Virus record (IMG/VR): IMGVR_UViG_3300036772_000425 | Location: 10,924-74,923 of that record | DNA from: a virus | Strand: one strand, 5' to 3' | Length of the DNA: 64,000 bases | Shown: piece by piece, positions 1 through 9,199 of the stretch | Numbering within the stretch: the stretch's first letter is position 1 | How the letters are laid out: the number at the start of each line of letters is the position of its first letter | Made by a program: the position numbers and the translations under genes | The notes under the pieces: generated by a model | Seen by the model: the letters and a program-made list of their open reading frames with translations, nothing else | Told to the model about the DNA's origin: nothing | Databases searched by the model: none

Positions 1-1090
1 TCAAGTAGCTGCCCGTAGGGGATCGGGTCACAACGGCCCAACGGCGTTGGACAGTGTCGTACGGGCTCGGGAAGCGCCAGCTGGTCCATGCATAGCCCGG
101 CTGCGAGACCACGTAGAACTTGTAACCGCCCAGGTTGATCGCACAGATCGGGTTCGGATCGTTGGCCTGCGGGTACAGACGATCCGGAATCTCCACATGG
201 AACGCAGAACCAACTGAGAAAGGCATGAAAGGTCCACCAGCCTGGCAGATCAGGAAACCCTTACCACCTATCATGGTCAGGAAACCGGAGCCACCACCTG
301 ATGAATGGAACCAATCGGGCGCGCCCCAACCGCCGGTGCTGGGTCCGCTATTGTCAGTTTCCCCGTGAATGTCAGGGTATGATTCCCCCACGAAGTGGGT
401 GCCATCCCAAGAACCCGACGGTGACAGAGTCACCGACAAATCGGTGTTGTTGGAACCCCCAGCATTGTTGCACATCAGCTTGAACTGCGAATTCCGTTGG
501 CCCACGTTCACAGAGTTCGCATCATCCATCTGCATGACGATGTAGTTGCCTGCAGAAAAACCGGAGAGGTTGGCGACCGCCAGGCAATCGACAACGCGGT
601 AGTTGATGTTTGAGCGAGCTGCGAGGGCCGGCATGGATCCGCTGGACGGTCCGGGGGTACCACCGGTGGAAACATCGATGGTGATGCTGGAGGAGCTGAT
701 CCACCTTGAGATCCGGTAGACGCTGTCGTCCGTTGACGTCGACCCTGACTTCCACGTCACCAACCATTTCCCTGCGATGTCATACCTGAACGGTGACGAT
801 GTCGTGACGTTGAAGTACGGGTTCCCGGCAAGGGTGTAACCATCCGATCCGGATGCGAGCAGGACAGTTGTACCGGACATGAAACCCGTGGGCATGGAGA
901 TGTAGCTCCCGGTCAGGTTGGAGCTGGCCATGCCGCCTGGGTTCAACAGATCGTTCGATCCGTTGACACAGAAACCCCAGAACTCCCAGATCACCTTCAT
1001 GATCCAAAGCATGCACCCGTTAGCGCCGAGCGTGGTCGGCGGCGTGACCGCGATGGACCTGACGAATTTTGGGTTCAACGGCAATGACAT
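1..1090 (-). CDS. Structural-protein paralog, family A (N-terminal ~360 aa; C-terminus lies beyond window start)
   Basis: Minus-strand ATG at 1090..1088 gives MSLPLNPKFVRS...IWEFWGFCVNG, matching the N-termini of ORFs 2464..3885 and 5547..6941 (FFKLIYEFWGFCVNG). The shared nucleotide stretch gggttcggatcgttggcctgcgggtacagacg (YPQANDPNPIA) is at 145-180, as at 6015-6050. The frame runs off the window edge, which is why the ORF track does not list it. Confidence 0.6.
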   Translation of the reverse strand, partial: MSLPLNPKFVRSIAVTPPTTLGANGCMLWIMKVIWEFWGFCVNGSNDLLNPGGMASSNLTGSYISMPTGFMSGTTVLLASGSDGYTLAGNPYFNVTTSSPFRYDIAGKWLVTWKSGSTSTDDSVYRISRWISSSSITIDVSTGGTPGPSSGSMPALAARSNINYRVVDCLAVANLSGFSAGNYIVMQMDDANSVNVGQRNSQFKLMCNNAGGSNNTDLSVTLSPSGSWDGTHFVGESYPDIHGETDNSGPSTGGWGAPDWFHSSGGGSGFLTMIGGKGFLICQAGGPFMPFSVGSAFHVEIPDRLYPQANDPNPICAINLGGYKFYVVSQPGYAWTSWRFPSPYDTVQRRWAVVTRSPTGSYL

Positions 1091-1096
1091 GGAACC

Positions 1097-2464
1097 TCAG
1101 GGCAGGATTGAACCCTGCCAAGGCATGTAGATACCGTCGGAAAGGTGAAGCCAGGATCGGCTGGCGTCAGTTGCGATCTGGAAGTAACCGTAGTTGCCGC
1201 GACCCAAGCGCATGAGGGGAGCCACGCCCAACCGCCTACCTTCCAGGATCTGGATTTCATCCGTACCTGCGATGGCTGCCTGCACGTCCATGGTGCCCGC
1301 GACCAGGTCCACCGTCAGCAGTTCCGTTGCGTTCAGGTACGGGTTGTCAGATGCCACGGAGCTGTTCCGAATTCCGCCCGAATCGTACAACCCCGCGTCC
1401 AGCCGGGTGTAGTAGCTGTAGATGCAGCTGATGGGTTGGTTGCTCAACCCGAAGGCGGCGCCGCCGCGCGCGGTTGAGGTACCGGTGCTCATGTAGATGC
1501 CGTTGGAACCGTTGTTGCTCGGAGTGTTCGCACCCATGGCGAACAGGCGCTGAGCAGGTTTGAGCGGAAGGGGCGTCTCATCGTTTTCGGGCAGGCCGAA
1601 GTGCGCAAAGCTATCGGAACCTGCCACGACGGTCCTAGTGGCAATGAACGTGGAACCGGTGACATCATCTCCCCAGATGTAAACACGGGCCTGGTTGGAC
1701 CCTGCAGGAAAGAGGCCCACGGTCGCGCCGGTGAGCGTGGTGGTATGCTTGTTGAAGAACAGGGTGGAATGCAGGTGTTGCCCGCCGGGTTGGAAATCCC
1801 CGCTGGTGTTGCCGCCGAATCCGGGAGCGACGGACGTTCCGGCGCCGCCTGCGCCGGCCGCTGGGCCCACCCCTCCGCCGCTGTTGAAACCAGCATCATA
1901 TGTGTTCTCGACGGCGATCCTGACCTGCCAGTTCAACGATGATGGGCTCTGCAGGATGATCCTGCTCTGCGTGGCGGAACCGGTGCCGGTGTACGTACCC
2001 GTCAATCCGTTGCCCGTGAAATTGAGGACAGAATTGAACACAGTTTCATCTGCGTACAACCCAAAGGTCAACCCAGACTCTACCGGAGGTGTATCGCTGC
2101 AGCGGTAGTCAAGGAACAGCCAGTTGTTCCCGGTGTCGATCCCGGTGACACGGAACAACCCGGAGTTGACCATCGGATTGACAGAGCTCCTGATCGCCAG
2201 GATCCTTCCGATGTCTGCGACAGAGACCGAGTAACCGTTGCCCAGAGAGAAGGCAAATTCGTTGCCAACACCCTGGTTCAAGGCACCAGAGCTCCCTGCT
2301 GACTTGAGCAGGGTGGAACCCTCGATGTCAAAGCTTGTCTGACCGACGACGGAGTACCCGAGGCAACGCCTCAGAAAGATCGCCAGGAAGTACTGGGAAA
2401 TGAACTGGATCTGCAACGAGAGCGGGTTCCCGATGGTCCTAAAATCCCTGCAAACATGAAGCAT
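1097..2464 (-). CDS. Structural-protein paralog, family B
   Basis: ORF 1097..2545(-). The likely start is the internal M at 2464 (MLHVCRDFRTI), which aligns with the MNHLTRDFQTM start of paralog 3904..5628. Shared motifs NSGLFRV/IL..G.NN..DYR..STPP. It abuts the stop of the upstream family-A gene (ATGA-type overlap). Confidence 0.55.
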   Translation of the reverse strand: MLHVCRDFRTIGNPLSLQIQFISQYFLAIFLRRCLGYSVVGQTSFDIEGSTLLKSAGSSGALNQGVGNEFAFSLGNGYSVSVADIGRILAIRSSVNPMVNSGLFRVTGIDTGNNWLFLDYRCSDTPPVESGLTFGLYADETVFNSVLNFTGNGLTGTYTGTGSATQSRIILQSPSSLNWQVRIAVENTYDAGFNSGGGVGPAAGAGGAGTSVAPGFGGNTSGDFQPGGQHLHSTLFFNKHTTTLTGATVGLFPAGSNQARVYIWGDDVTGSTFIATRTVVAGSDSFAHFGLPENDETPLPLKPAQRLFAMGANTPSNNGSNGIYMSTGTSTARGGAAFGLSNQPISCIYSYYTRLDAGLYDSGGIRNSSVASDNPYLNATELLTVDLVAGTMDVQAAIAGTDEIQILEGRRLGVAPLMRLGRGNYGYFQIATDASRSWLHLSDGIYMPWQGSILP

Positions 2465-3885
2465 CAGTTTCCTCCAAGGAACAGGTTGTAGGGCAGCAGG
2501 CTGTTGTCCCACGGCCACATCACACCCGATTCTACGTAGACCCACTCGCCCAGGTTACCGACGCGCTCGAACTGTGGGATGATGGGCGGAAGAATCCGAA
2601 CCCTTCTCAGGCGCGCCCTGACCATCTGGTGTTCACCGGTGGTGCTGTTCGCAAGGGCAACATCCATGAAGACGAACTTGTTCTGGTACGTGTTGTAGAA
2701 GGCACCGTTGTAGCGACCGTTCGTCTGGAAACCGGGGGCATTGTTCTCCGTCGATCCGAAGAACCTGCGCGCCATGCCCTTGTAGTTGATCAGGGTGTTG
2801 TCGGGTGGATTGTGCATGTAGAACCCACCCGCGTAGTGAGATGCACCGTTCGTGGAATTGACGGAGTCAACGCCCCAACCCATCATCGCGATCGGGTTGG
2901 GATCCGTGGCCTGAGGGTAGGTCCGCTGCGGGATCTCAATGTGGAAGCCGGAGGCAGCCGAGTTCCCTGCCGACCGGTAGTGAGAGATCAGGAAATCCTG
3001 AGAACCGATCAGGGTGATGTATGCTGGGTTGTCAGCGCCGTTGAACCAGTAACCACCGTTGGTGGTGCCGAGGGCCACCTCTGAGAGACTTTCACTGAAG
3101 AACCCAGGAGGTAGCAGGTTACCAGCTTGGGTGAAGGTGCCGGTCGGCACGTACGTGCCGCTGATGATGCTGCCAGAGGAATACGAACCGCTATCGAACC
3201 CAGAGTTGCCGTGCCAGGTGCCGGACGGTGACAGGGTGTAACCCACTCCGATGGCAGTGGCACCGAAACCGTAGCCTGCCAGGCCCTTCGACATCCTCAA
3301 CCGGATCTGTGATAGGCTCTGGTTCGGATTGACGTCAGCGGCGGCGTTGAATTGAAGGATCAGTGAGCTGGTGTTGTACAGCACGCTCATCGCCGCGGCG
3401 GGAGCAAAGTCCACAACCCGCCAGTAGATCTGATCCCTGTCAGTCAGGCTGGGATGCAGGGAGGCACTGTAGGGAGTTCCTCCCTGCAGGACGTTGAGCC
3501 TAACGCTGGCCGAGTTGATCCATTGCGTGATCTGGTAGACGCTGTCGTCCGTTGACGTCGACCCTGACTTCCACGTCACCAACCACTTGTTGGCGTAGGA
3601 TGACGAGAAGGCAGTCTGGTTGATCGTGTTGAAGAACGGCATCCCTGAGCTGGTGTAACCATCCGTACCGGATGCGAGCAGGCCGGCAGCTGCAGCCGAC
3701 GATGACACCGGAGACCAGGGCATCTGGAAGACACCCGTGTTGGGGGAGAACCCGCCCGGTTGGGTCAGGTTGGTGTCACCGTTGACGCAGAACCCCCAGA
3801 ACTCATAGATGAGCTTGAAGAACCAGTTGAACCCATTGGCCCCCTGGGGGATTGCGTGTGCCCGTACGAACTTCGGAGTCAGCAT
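2464..3885 (-). CDS. Structural-protein paralog, family A (putative virion/tail fibre-like)
   Basis: 473 aa. Shares FFKLIYEFWGFCVNGDTNLTQPGG, VTWKSGSTSTDDSVYQI and HIEIPQRTYPQATDPNPIA with 5547..6941. Confidence 0.65.
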   Translation of the reverse strand: MLTPKFVRAHAIPQGANGFNWFFKLIYEFWGFCVNGDTNLTQPGGFSPNTGVFQMPWSPVSSSAAAAGLLASGTDGYTSSGMPFFNTINQTAFSSSYANKWLVTWKSGSTSTDDSVYQITQWINSASVRLNVLQGGTPYSASLHPSLTDRDQIYWRVVDFAPAAAMSVLYNTSSLILQFNAAADVNPNQSLSQIRLRMSKGLAGYGFGATAIGVGYTLSPSGTWHGNSGFDSGSYSSGSIISGTYVPTGTFTQAGNLLPPGFFSESLSEVALGTTNGGYWFNGADNPAYITLIGSQDFLISHYRSAGNSAASGFHIEIPQRTYPQATDPNPIAMMGWGVDSVNSTNGASHYAGGFYMHNPPDNTLINYKGMARRFFGSTENNAPGFQTNGRYNGAFYNTYQNKFVFMDVALANSTTGEHQMVRARLRRVRILPPIIPQFERVGNLGEWVYVESGVMWPWDNSLLPYNLFLGGN

Positions 3886-3903
3886 GAAATCCTCCCTATA
3901 GTA

Positions 3904-5550
3904 TCACGGCTTCGAAGGGTTGCTGCCACCTTTGACAACACCGACGAAGACGGGCACCTGGCGGTAGAAGGAGTACGTCTTCCGGAACCGGGTGGCATCG
4001 AAATCGTGGGTCCTGGGCCCAACGATCGGTACCTCAAGATCGCTGCCAGGAAGGAAGGAACCGAACTGTCCTAGGCCTGCCTGCAGCTCAAACTGTGAGG
4101 TTGCCGCGGTATAAGAACTGCCCGTCGTGGAGTCTGTCGGCCTTGGACCACCCCATTCCATGAAGACGCCGTCCAGCGCATGGTAGTACGATGACGAAGG
4201 ATCGGTGGTCGTCGCCCACTGCGGGTAGTTGGCTGGACCCTGCATAAAGAACGGCAACCTGCCCAGCCTGCGGGGTTGCAGCGGAAAAACCGGTTGGACG
4301 GTCCCGGCGCTGATCGTCTGGTCGATGGTTCCCACAACGATGTCCACGTCAAACAGCTCAGCAGCTCCACCCACCCATGCCGTGCCGACAGAGGATGTCA
4401 GGTACCGAGCGTGTGTCCTTGGGTTCGAAATATCACTGTAGCAGCTCAGCACTCCCGGGATCGGGTAGCCACGCTTCCCGAAGCCCACAACCTGCATGTT
4501 GTTGTCTGCATGGAACTGGCTTGTCCAGGTGAGGTTCGAGGCTCCGTTGCTGGAACCAACCACGAACAACCTCGGACAATTAACGCTGGGATCGCTCAGG
4601 AGGTTTGGCACAGGTTGGTTCTGCTCGTCCAGACCCAGGCCAAAGGCGGCCCATCCGGATCCGCTGCCGACGCTCGCCGGCAACGATGAGTTCCGGTTGA
4701 TGATGCACGCGGACCCGCTGAAATCATCGACCGTCATGGAGATTCGCCATTGCCCGACAGTCCACAACGTTCCCAACGTTGCGCTGAGGATGGGGGTCAA
4801 CCCAACCACCATGCCTCGGTAGAGCGATGAGGAAGAATTGTAGTACAGGGCTGGGTGCAGGTGCAGCACCTGATCATGGCCTGGTCCGTCTCCGGACGGT
4901 ATTGGGAAGAAGTCTCCCGATGCATCTCCCCCGAACCCAGGAGCGATGGAGAACCCGGACGGTACGTTCCCATTGACGTCCTGAAGCGATTCAAGGCAGA
5001 GGCGAACCTCCCACGAGGTCGGATGCGGGCTACGAAGGGTGATCCGGCTGGTGGATGCCGTGGAAAGGGCGGAGTAGTTGAAGGAACCGTAACCTGTGGT
5101 GCCATTGGAGCCCGAGTGCCAACGACCACGTGCCGTGATCTCATCGTCAAAGATCTTCCAACTCAGGTACGATTCCGCAGGCGGCGTCGAAAGGGACCGG
5201 TAGTCCACCCTTAGCGTGTTGTTGCCGACGTTGGCGCTCAGGATCCTAAAGAGCCCGGAATTCGACCGCGGATACACCTGTGATTTCAGGACGATGATCC
5301 GTCCCACGTCGGCCGCCGACACCGCGTACGATGCAGGAGGCACGAATACGTCTGTCGATGCCCCCACAACGTTGATGCTACCGCTGATGCCCTGACCCCG
5401 CAAGGCACCGTTCGATGTCATGTCAAAGTTGGTCTGCCCCTTGACCGTGTACCCTCCGCAGCCCAAGAGAAAAATCGAAAGGGCGTACATGTTGGTACCC
5501 GGACAGCTGGCGGACGCCATTGTCTGGAAGTCACGAGTGAGATGGTTCAT
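3904..5550 (-). CDS. Structural-protein paralog, family B
   Basis: ORF 3904..5628(-). The probable start is the M at 5550 (MNHLTRDFQTM), immediately after the stop of 5547..6941. Paralogous to 1097..2464. Confidence 0.55.
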   Translation of the reverse strand: MNHLTRDFQTMASASCPGTNMYALSIFLLGCGGYTVKGQTNFDMTSNGALRGQGISGSINVVGASTDVFVPPASYAVSAADVGRIIVLKSQVYPRSNSGLFRILSANVGNNTLRVDYRSLSTPPAESYLSWKIFDDEITARGRWHSGSNGTTGYGSFNYSALSTASTSRITLRSPHPTSWEVRLCLESLQDVNGNVPSGFSIAPGFGGDASGDFFPIPSGDGPGHDQVLHLHPALYYNSSSSLYRGMVVGLTPILSATLGTLWTVGQWRISMTVDDFSGSACIINRNSSLPASVGSGSGWAAFGLGLDEQNQPVPNLLSDPSVNCPRLFVVGSSNGASNLTWTSQFHADNNMQVVGFGKRGYPIPGVLSCYSDISNPRTHARYLTSSVGTAWVGGAAELFDVDIVVGTIDQTISAGTVQPVFPLQPRRLGRLPFFMQGPANYPQWATTTDPSSSYYHALDGVFMEWGGPRPTDSTTGSSYTAATSQFELQAGLGQFGSFLPGSDLEVPIVGPRTHDFDATRFRKTYSFYRQVPVFVGVVKGGSNPSKP

Positions 5551-6941
5551 ACCCCGAACCTCCACGGTCTCTCGGGTTGGGATGAATTGTCCCAAGGAAG
5601 CAGGATCCCATTGATCATGTGCACCCACCCCCGGTTCTCAAGGATGGGATCTCCCAATCGAGCACCCGTCGGCAGCTCTGCGGACGAGAACTTCACCTTC
5701 CGGAGGCGAGCCCGACCAGCGCTGAATTGGGATGACAACGAGAGGCTCAGCACACCGTCGGAGGCCAGGAATTGGTCATCGTCCTGATCGTAACCGATGT
5801 TGGTGAACCTCCATGCCGGGACAGAGAACTGCTGCCATTGACCGGTACCGTAGGCGTTTCCGGTGTAATCAGCCCTGTTGCCGGTGCCCATAGGAGACCT
5901 GACGAGCACCGTCCATCTCCTGACCTGACCGTCCCTGCACACCATCCGAAACCCATCGTAGTACGTCGACGCAACCTGGCTGGGGGTCTGATTGTCCCAC
6001 AGCAACCAAGCAATTGGGTTCGGATCGTTGGCCTGCGGGTACAGACGCTTCGGTACCTCCACGTGGAATCCCGTGCCGGCAAGATTGGCCTGAGTGCCAC
6101 CTGGGAACCCTTTGACGTGTGCGATGATGAAATCCCCAGCACCGATCAACGTGTAGTTGACCTGCCCGTTCGTGACTGACCCAGGTGTTCCGAAGCCCGT
6201 GTAGTATGACACGCTGCCCGTCAGCTGCGGTGTAGGATCGGTGAAGGTCGACCCGTTCCAGGAACCACTGGGTGAGATGACGAGACCGATCCCTCCCTCG
6301 CTGCCCTGGTAATCACCCCCGGATTCCGTGAGGTGCATGACCTGCAGCTGCGGTACCAGCTGTCCTGGGTTGATGCTGGGCGCTGAGACCATGTTGAGCA
6401 CCATGTACGAAGCGTTCCAACTGCCAGACAATTTGGTGGAAGCGATCAGGTCCACCACCCGCCATTTCACGTTGTTGCGATCCCAGAAGCACGAATGGTT
6501 GCCCAACCGGCGCGTACCGCCGCTGTTGATGTCCACCCTGATGTGCGTCGCATCCTCAACAGACTTGATGAAGTAGACGCTGTCGTCGGTCGAATCGCTG
6601 CCTGGCACCCAGGTGACAAGGTACTTCCCGATCAACGATCCGCTGTTGACGTTGAGGAAGTTGGTGCTGGGAGAGCTGAAAACATCCGTACCAAAGCTGG
6701 TCGTACCGTCGTTGCCCTGAGCAAGGAGCACCGTGCTGCCGGACTGGAAGTTGGCTGGGTAGGAAACAGCGACCAACCCACCCGGTTGGGTCAGGCTGGT
6801 ACCACCGTTGACGCAGAACCCCCAGAACTCGTACAGCAACTTCTCAAAGAAGCGTGATGACTGTGTGGGGGTGAAGTCAGCGGACCCGGAGGCCAACAGT
6901 GATTTGACGAACTTGATTGGGATCTGCTGTTCGCTGGGCAT
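5547..6941 (-). CDS. Structural-protein paralog, family A
   Basis: 464 aa. FFEKLLYEFWGFCVNGGTSLTQPGG, VTWVPGSDSTDDSVYFI, HVEVPKRLYPQANDPNPIA. First gene of the minus-strand array. Confidence 0.65.
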   Translation of the reverse strand: MPSEQQIPIKFVKSLLASGSADFTPTQSSRFFEKLLYEFWGFCVNGGTSLTQPGGLVAVSYPANFQSGSTVLLAQGNDGTTSFGTDVFSSPSTNFLNVNSGSLIGKYLVTWVPGSDSTDDSVYFIKSVEDATHIRVDINSGGTRRLGNHSCFWDRNNVKWRVVDLIASTKLSGSWNASYMVLNMVSAPSINPGQLVPQLQVMHLTESGGDYQGSEGGIGLVISPSGSWNGSTFTDPTPQLTGSVSYYTGFGTPGSVTNGQVNYTLIGAGDFIIAHVKGFPGGTQANLAGTGFHVEVPKRLYPQANDPNPIAWLLWDNQTPSQVASTYYDGFRMVCRDGQVRRWTVLVRSPMGTGNRADYTGNAYGTGQWQQFSVPAWRFTNIGYDQDDDQFLASDGVLSLSLSSQFSAGRARLRKVKFSSAELPTGARLGDPILENRGWVHMINGILLPWDNSSQPERPWRFGV

Positions 6942-6992
6942 CTGCTGGCTTCCGGATCCTGAAGTATCACTGCGACAAATCTCTAGACCACG

Positions 6993-8429
6993 TCAGAGGA
7001 TCTTGGACGCCAGTGTCGCAAGGTCAGAACGCTCACCCTTGATCAGGCTGACATGTCCTGAGATCGGGTACTCCTTGAAGCGCTCTACCGCGTACGACAG
7101 GCCGTTGGTGAAAACATCCACATGCACGTTGTCGATCTGTTCGATGTCGCCCGTCAGAACGATCTTCGTACCGTCACCGACCCTGGTGATGATCGTCTTC
7201 AGTTCGTGCATCGACAGGTTCTGCGCCTCGTCGATGACGATGAAGGCGTTCGGGATGCTGCGGCCCCTGATGAAGCTGATGGCCTCGATCTCGATGAGGC
7301 CCCGATCCTGCATCACCTGCAAGTAAGAATCCTGGAAACCAGCTGGCCGAGAACGCGCACCTCGATCATCTCGGGTTTTCTTGGGTCGAGAACGACGTTG
7401 GTCCATCAGGAAGTTCAGGTTGTCACGGATCGGAGCGATCCAAGGTTCCATCTTCTCCTCCAGCGTACCAGGAAGAAAACCGATGTCCTTTCCCACGGGT
7501 TGCACGGGTCGGGTGACGATCAACTTGTCGTACCGAGCCTTCTGATCTCCCAGACCTTTCAACTGCTCGAGAGCAGAGGCAAGGGCGAGCAGGGTCTTGC
7601 CGGTACCGCTGGGACCGACCAGAGTCAGCAGCTTGATGTCCGGATCGAACAACAGATCCAAGGAGAACGCCTGTTCCTTGTTCCTCGGCTTGAGACCGAA
7701 CGCCTGGTCGATGCGAGCAATCTGAACCAGGTTCTCACCGACGCACTTGGTGATGGCGGAGTGGGTGGTCTCACCGTTCTCAACATGCTTCATGATGCAG
7801 ATCTGATTCGGGTAGGCTCGGTAATCCGGGCCCAACGCAGCGGCCACGCTCATCTTGCCGTTCCGGAAGAACTCATTGATCGTGTTCTCGGGAACCTCGA
7901 TCAGGTCGACGCCGCGGTAGAATTTCTGTGGATCATCAGCGATCCTCATCTTCAGGTAATCCTCGCACCTGATGCCGAGGCTGTCACACTTGATCCGAAC
8001 GTTGATGTCCTTGGAGACAAGGATCGCACCTGCCTTGACCAAGGCATGACCGATGATCAGGTTGTCAGGTTTGTCAGGACGAAGGTCAAGCGGTAGCTTC
8101 CCCTTCGCGCTTTCATCCAACTGCATCACGCTCAGCTTGCCACCATTGTCCAAGGAGATGCCCTGCAGCAGGCTGCCCTTCTCCCTCAACCCATCCAGGT
8201 TTCGGGACACCAACCTTGCATTGCGCCCCACCTCGTCCGGACGGCTTTTGTGCCTGTCCAGCTCCTCCAGCACGATCATTGGGATGATGACGTGGTGCTC
8301 ATCGAACGAGAAGATCGCGGTCGGATCGCTCAGCAGAACATTCGTGTCAAGGACGTAAGTCTTGATCTCCATCACCTCTCCGTTGCTGATCTGAACTGCT
8401 TGGTGCTGATCGTGGACGTTCTTGTACAC
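6993..8429 (-). CDS. phoH: PhoH-like ATPase with N-terminal PIN domain (PhoH2/YlaK type)
   Basis: N-terminus IKTYVLDTNVLLSDP...IIPMIVLEELD (PIN), then GPSGTGKTLLALASALEQ Walker A and a PhoH-type C-terminal domain. The start may instead be the internal MEIK. Confidence 0.85.
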   Translation of the reverse strand: MYKNVHDQHQAVQISNGEVMEIKTYVLDTNVLLSDPTAIFSFDEHHVIIPMIVLEELDRHKSRPDEVGRNARLVSRNLDGLREKGSLLQGISLDNGGKLSVMQLDESAKGKLPLDLRPDKPDNLIIGHALVKAGAILVSKDINVRIKCDSLGIRCEDYLKMRIADDPQKFYRGVDLIEVPENTINEFFRNGKMSVAAALGPDYRAYPNQICIMKHVENGETTHSAITKCVGENLVQIARIDQAFGLKPRNKEQAFSLDLLFDPDIKLLTLVGPSGTGKTLLALASALEQLKGLGDQKARYDKLIVTRPVQPVGKDIGFLPGTLEEKMEPWIAPIRDNLNFLMDQRRSRPKKTRDDRGARSRPAGFQDSYLQVMQDRGLIEIEAISFIRGRSIPNAFIVIDEAQNLSMHELKTIITRVGDGTKIVLTGDIEQIDNVHVDVFTNGLSYAVERFKEYPISGHVSLIKGERSDLATLASKIL

Positions 8430-8471
8430 CGATCGGTACCAAGGTGACTATACTCCAGCAGGCACCCACAG

Positions 8472-8753
8472 ATGCAAGATGTCAAGAAGCGTTTGCCGAT
8501 CGTCCAGTCCAAATCCTCGAAGGCGTTGGACGGAACCACGTGCTTCTCATACCAGGAAAAATCGAACGTTGATTGTCAACGTCAGCGGTGCCAACACTGG
8601 ATAGACCATCCAGAGAGCAACAACTGCGTGGTGATCGCGGCGGGCAAGGGTCCTCACACGCTCCAGAAGATTGGTCAGATCTACGGGTTGACACGCATGA
8701 GGATCTGCCAGATCGAGAAATCGATCTTTGAAAAGATCCGTTCGGTCGGTTGA
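8472..8753 (+). CDS. Small protein whose C-terminus matches sigma-70 region 4 (helix-turn-helix)
   Basis: C-terminal HTLQKIGQIYGLTRMRICQIEKSIFEKIR resembles sigma-70 region 4.2 ([26 protein letters not shown]). Cys/His-rich N-terminus. Encoded opposite to both flanking genes. The antisense ORF 8482..8766 is S/R-rich junk. Confidence 0.5.
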   Translation: MQDVKKRLPIVQSKSSKALDGTTCFSYQEKSNVDCQRQRCQHWIDHPESNNCVVIAAGKGPHTLQKIGQIYGLTRMRICQIEKSIFEKIRSVG

Positions 8754-8762
8754 CCAAACAGA

Positions 8763-9146
8763 TCACTCCTTGATCGGCTCTTCGGTCGCTTGAGCCTTCG
8801 GTTCACCGCGCTTCTTCTTCTCGGGTGGTTTCACCCTAGCGACCTCTTCGACCTTGGCGATCTCCTCCGTCTTCGGTTCTTCAACCTTGACGTCCACCGT
8901 CTCTGGCTCCGCAAGGACGTCCGCTGGGGCTGTGTCGGCGACAGGTGCAACCTGCTTCACAATGATCTTTTCGATCGTGGGAGCAGGCGATGCTGGGACA
9001 ACGACTGTCACCTGCTGACCTCCCAAACGACCTGAGTGGTCCATGATCTGATGTGGTTTCGAAGGGTCGAGACCGTTCACATGAATGTCATGGAGCACTG
9101 CTTTGGATGCTGGCATGCTTGTAAGTATCGTGATGTGAAACGACAA
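8763..9146 (-). CDS. Hypothetical protein with acidic/Lys-rich tail
   Basis: 127-aa ORF in the minus-strand gene series. C-terminal VEEPKTEEIAKVEEVARVKPPEKKKRGEPKAQATEEPIKE. Confidence 0.45.
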   Translation of the reverse strand: MSFHITILTSMPASKAVLHDIHVNGLDPSKPHQIMDHSGRLGGQQVTVVVPASPAPTIEKIIVKQVAPVADTAPADVLAEPETVDVKVEEPKTEEIAKVEEVARVKPPEKKKRGEPKAQATEEPIKE

Positions 9147-9148
9147 GA

Positions 9149-9168
9149 CCCCGCCAAATTCGGCGGGG
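9149..9168 (-). terminator. Perfect 7-bp GC hairpin (ccccgcc-aaattc-ggcgggg) between two minus-strand genes; putative terminator/attenuator
   Basis: Read directly: stem 9149-9155 / 9162-9168, 6-nt loop. On the minus strand it is followed by a moderately T-rich tract (tcttgtcgtttca). Confidence 0.35.
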
Positions 9169-9199
9169 CCCCGTTGGTGCTGAACTCTTCCGTTGAAGA

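Noticed and set aside
7122-8096. 324-aa plus-strand ORF
   Set aside because: Antisense to the strongly supported PhoH gene. Low-complexity R/D/L-rich translation typical of GC-rich antisense frames.
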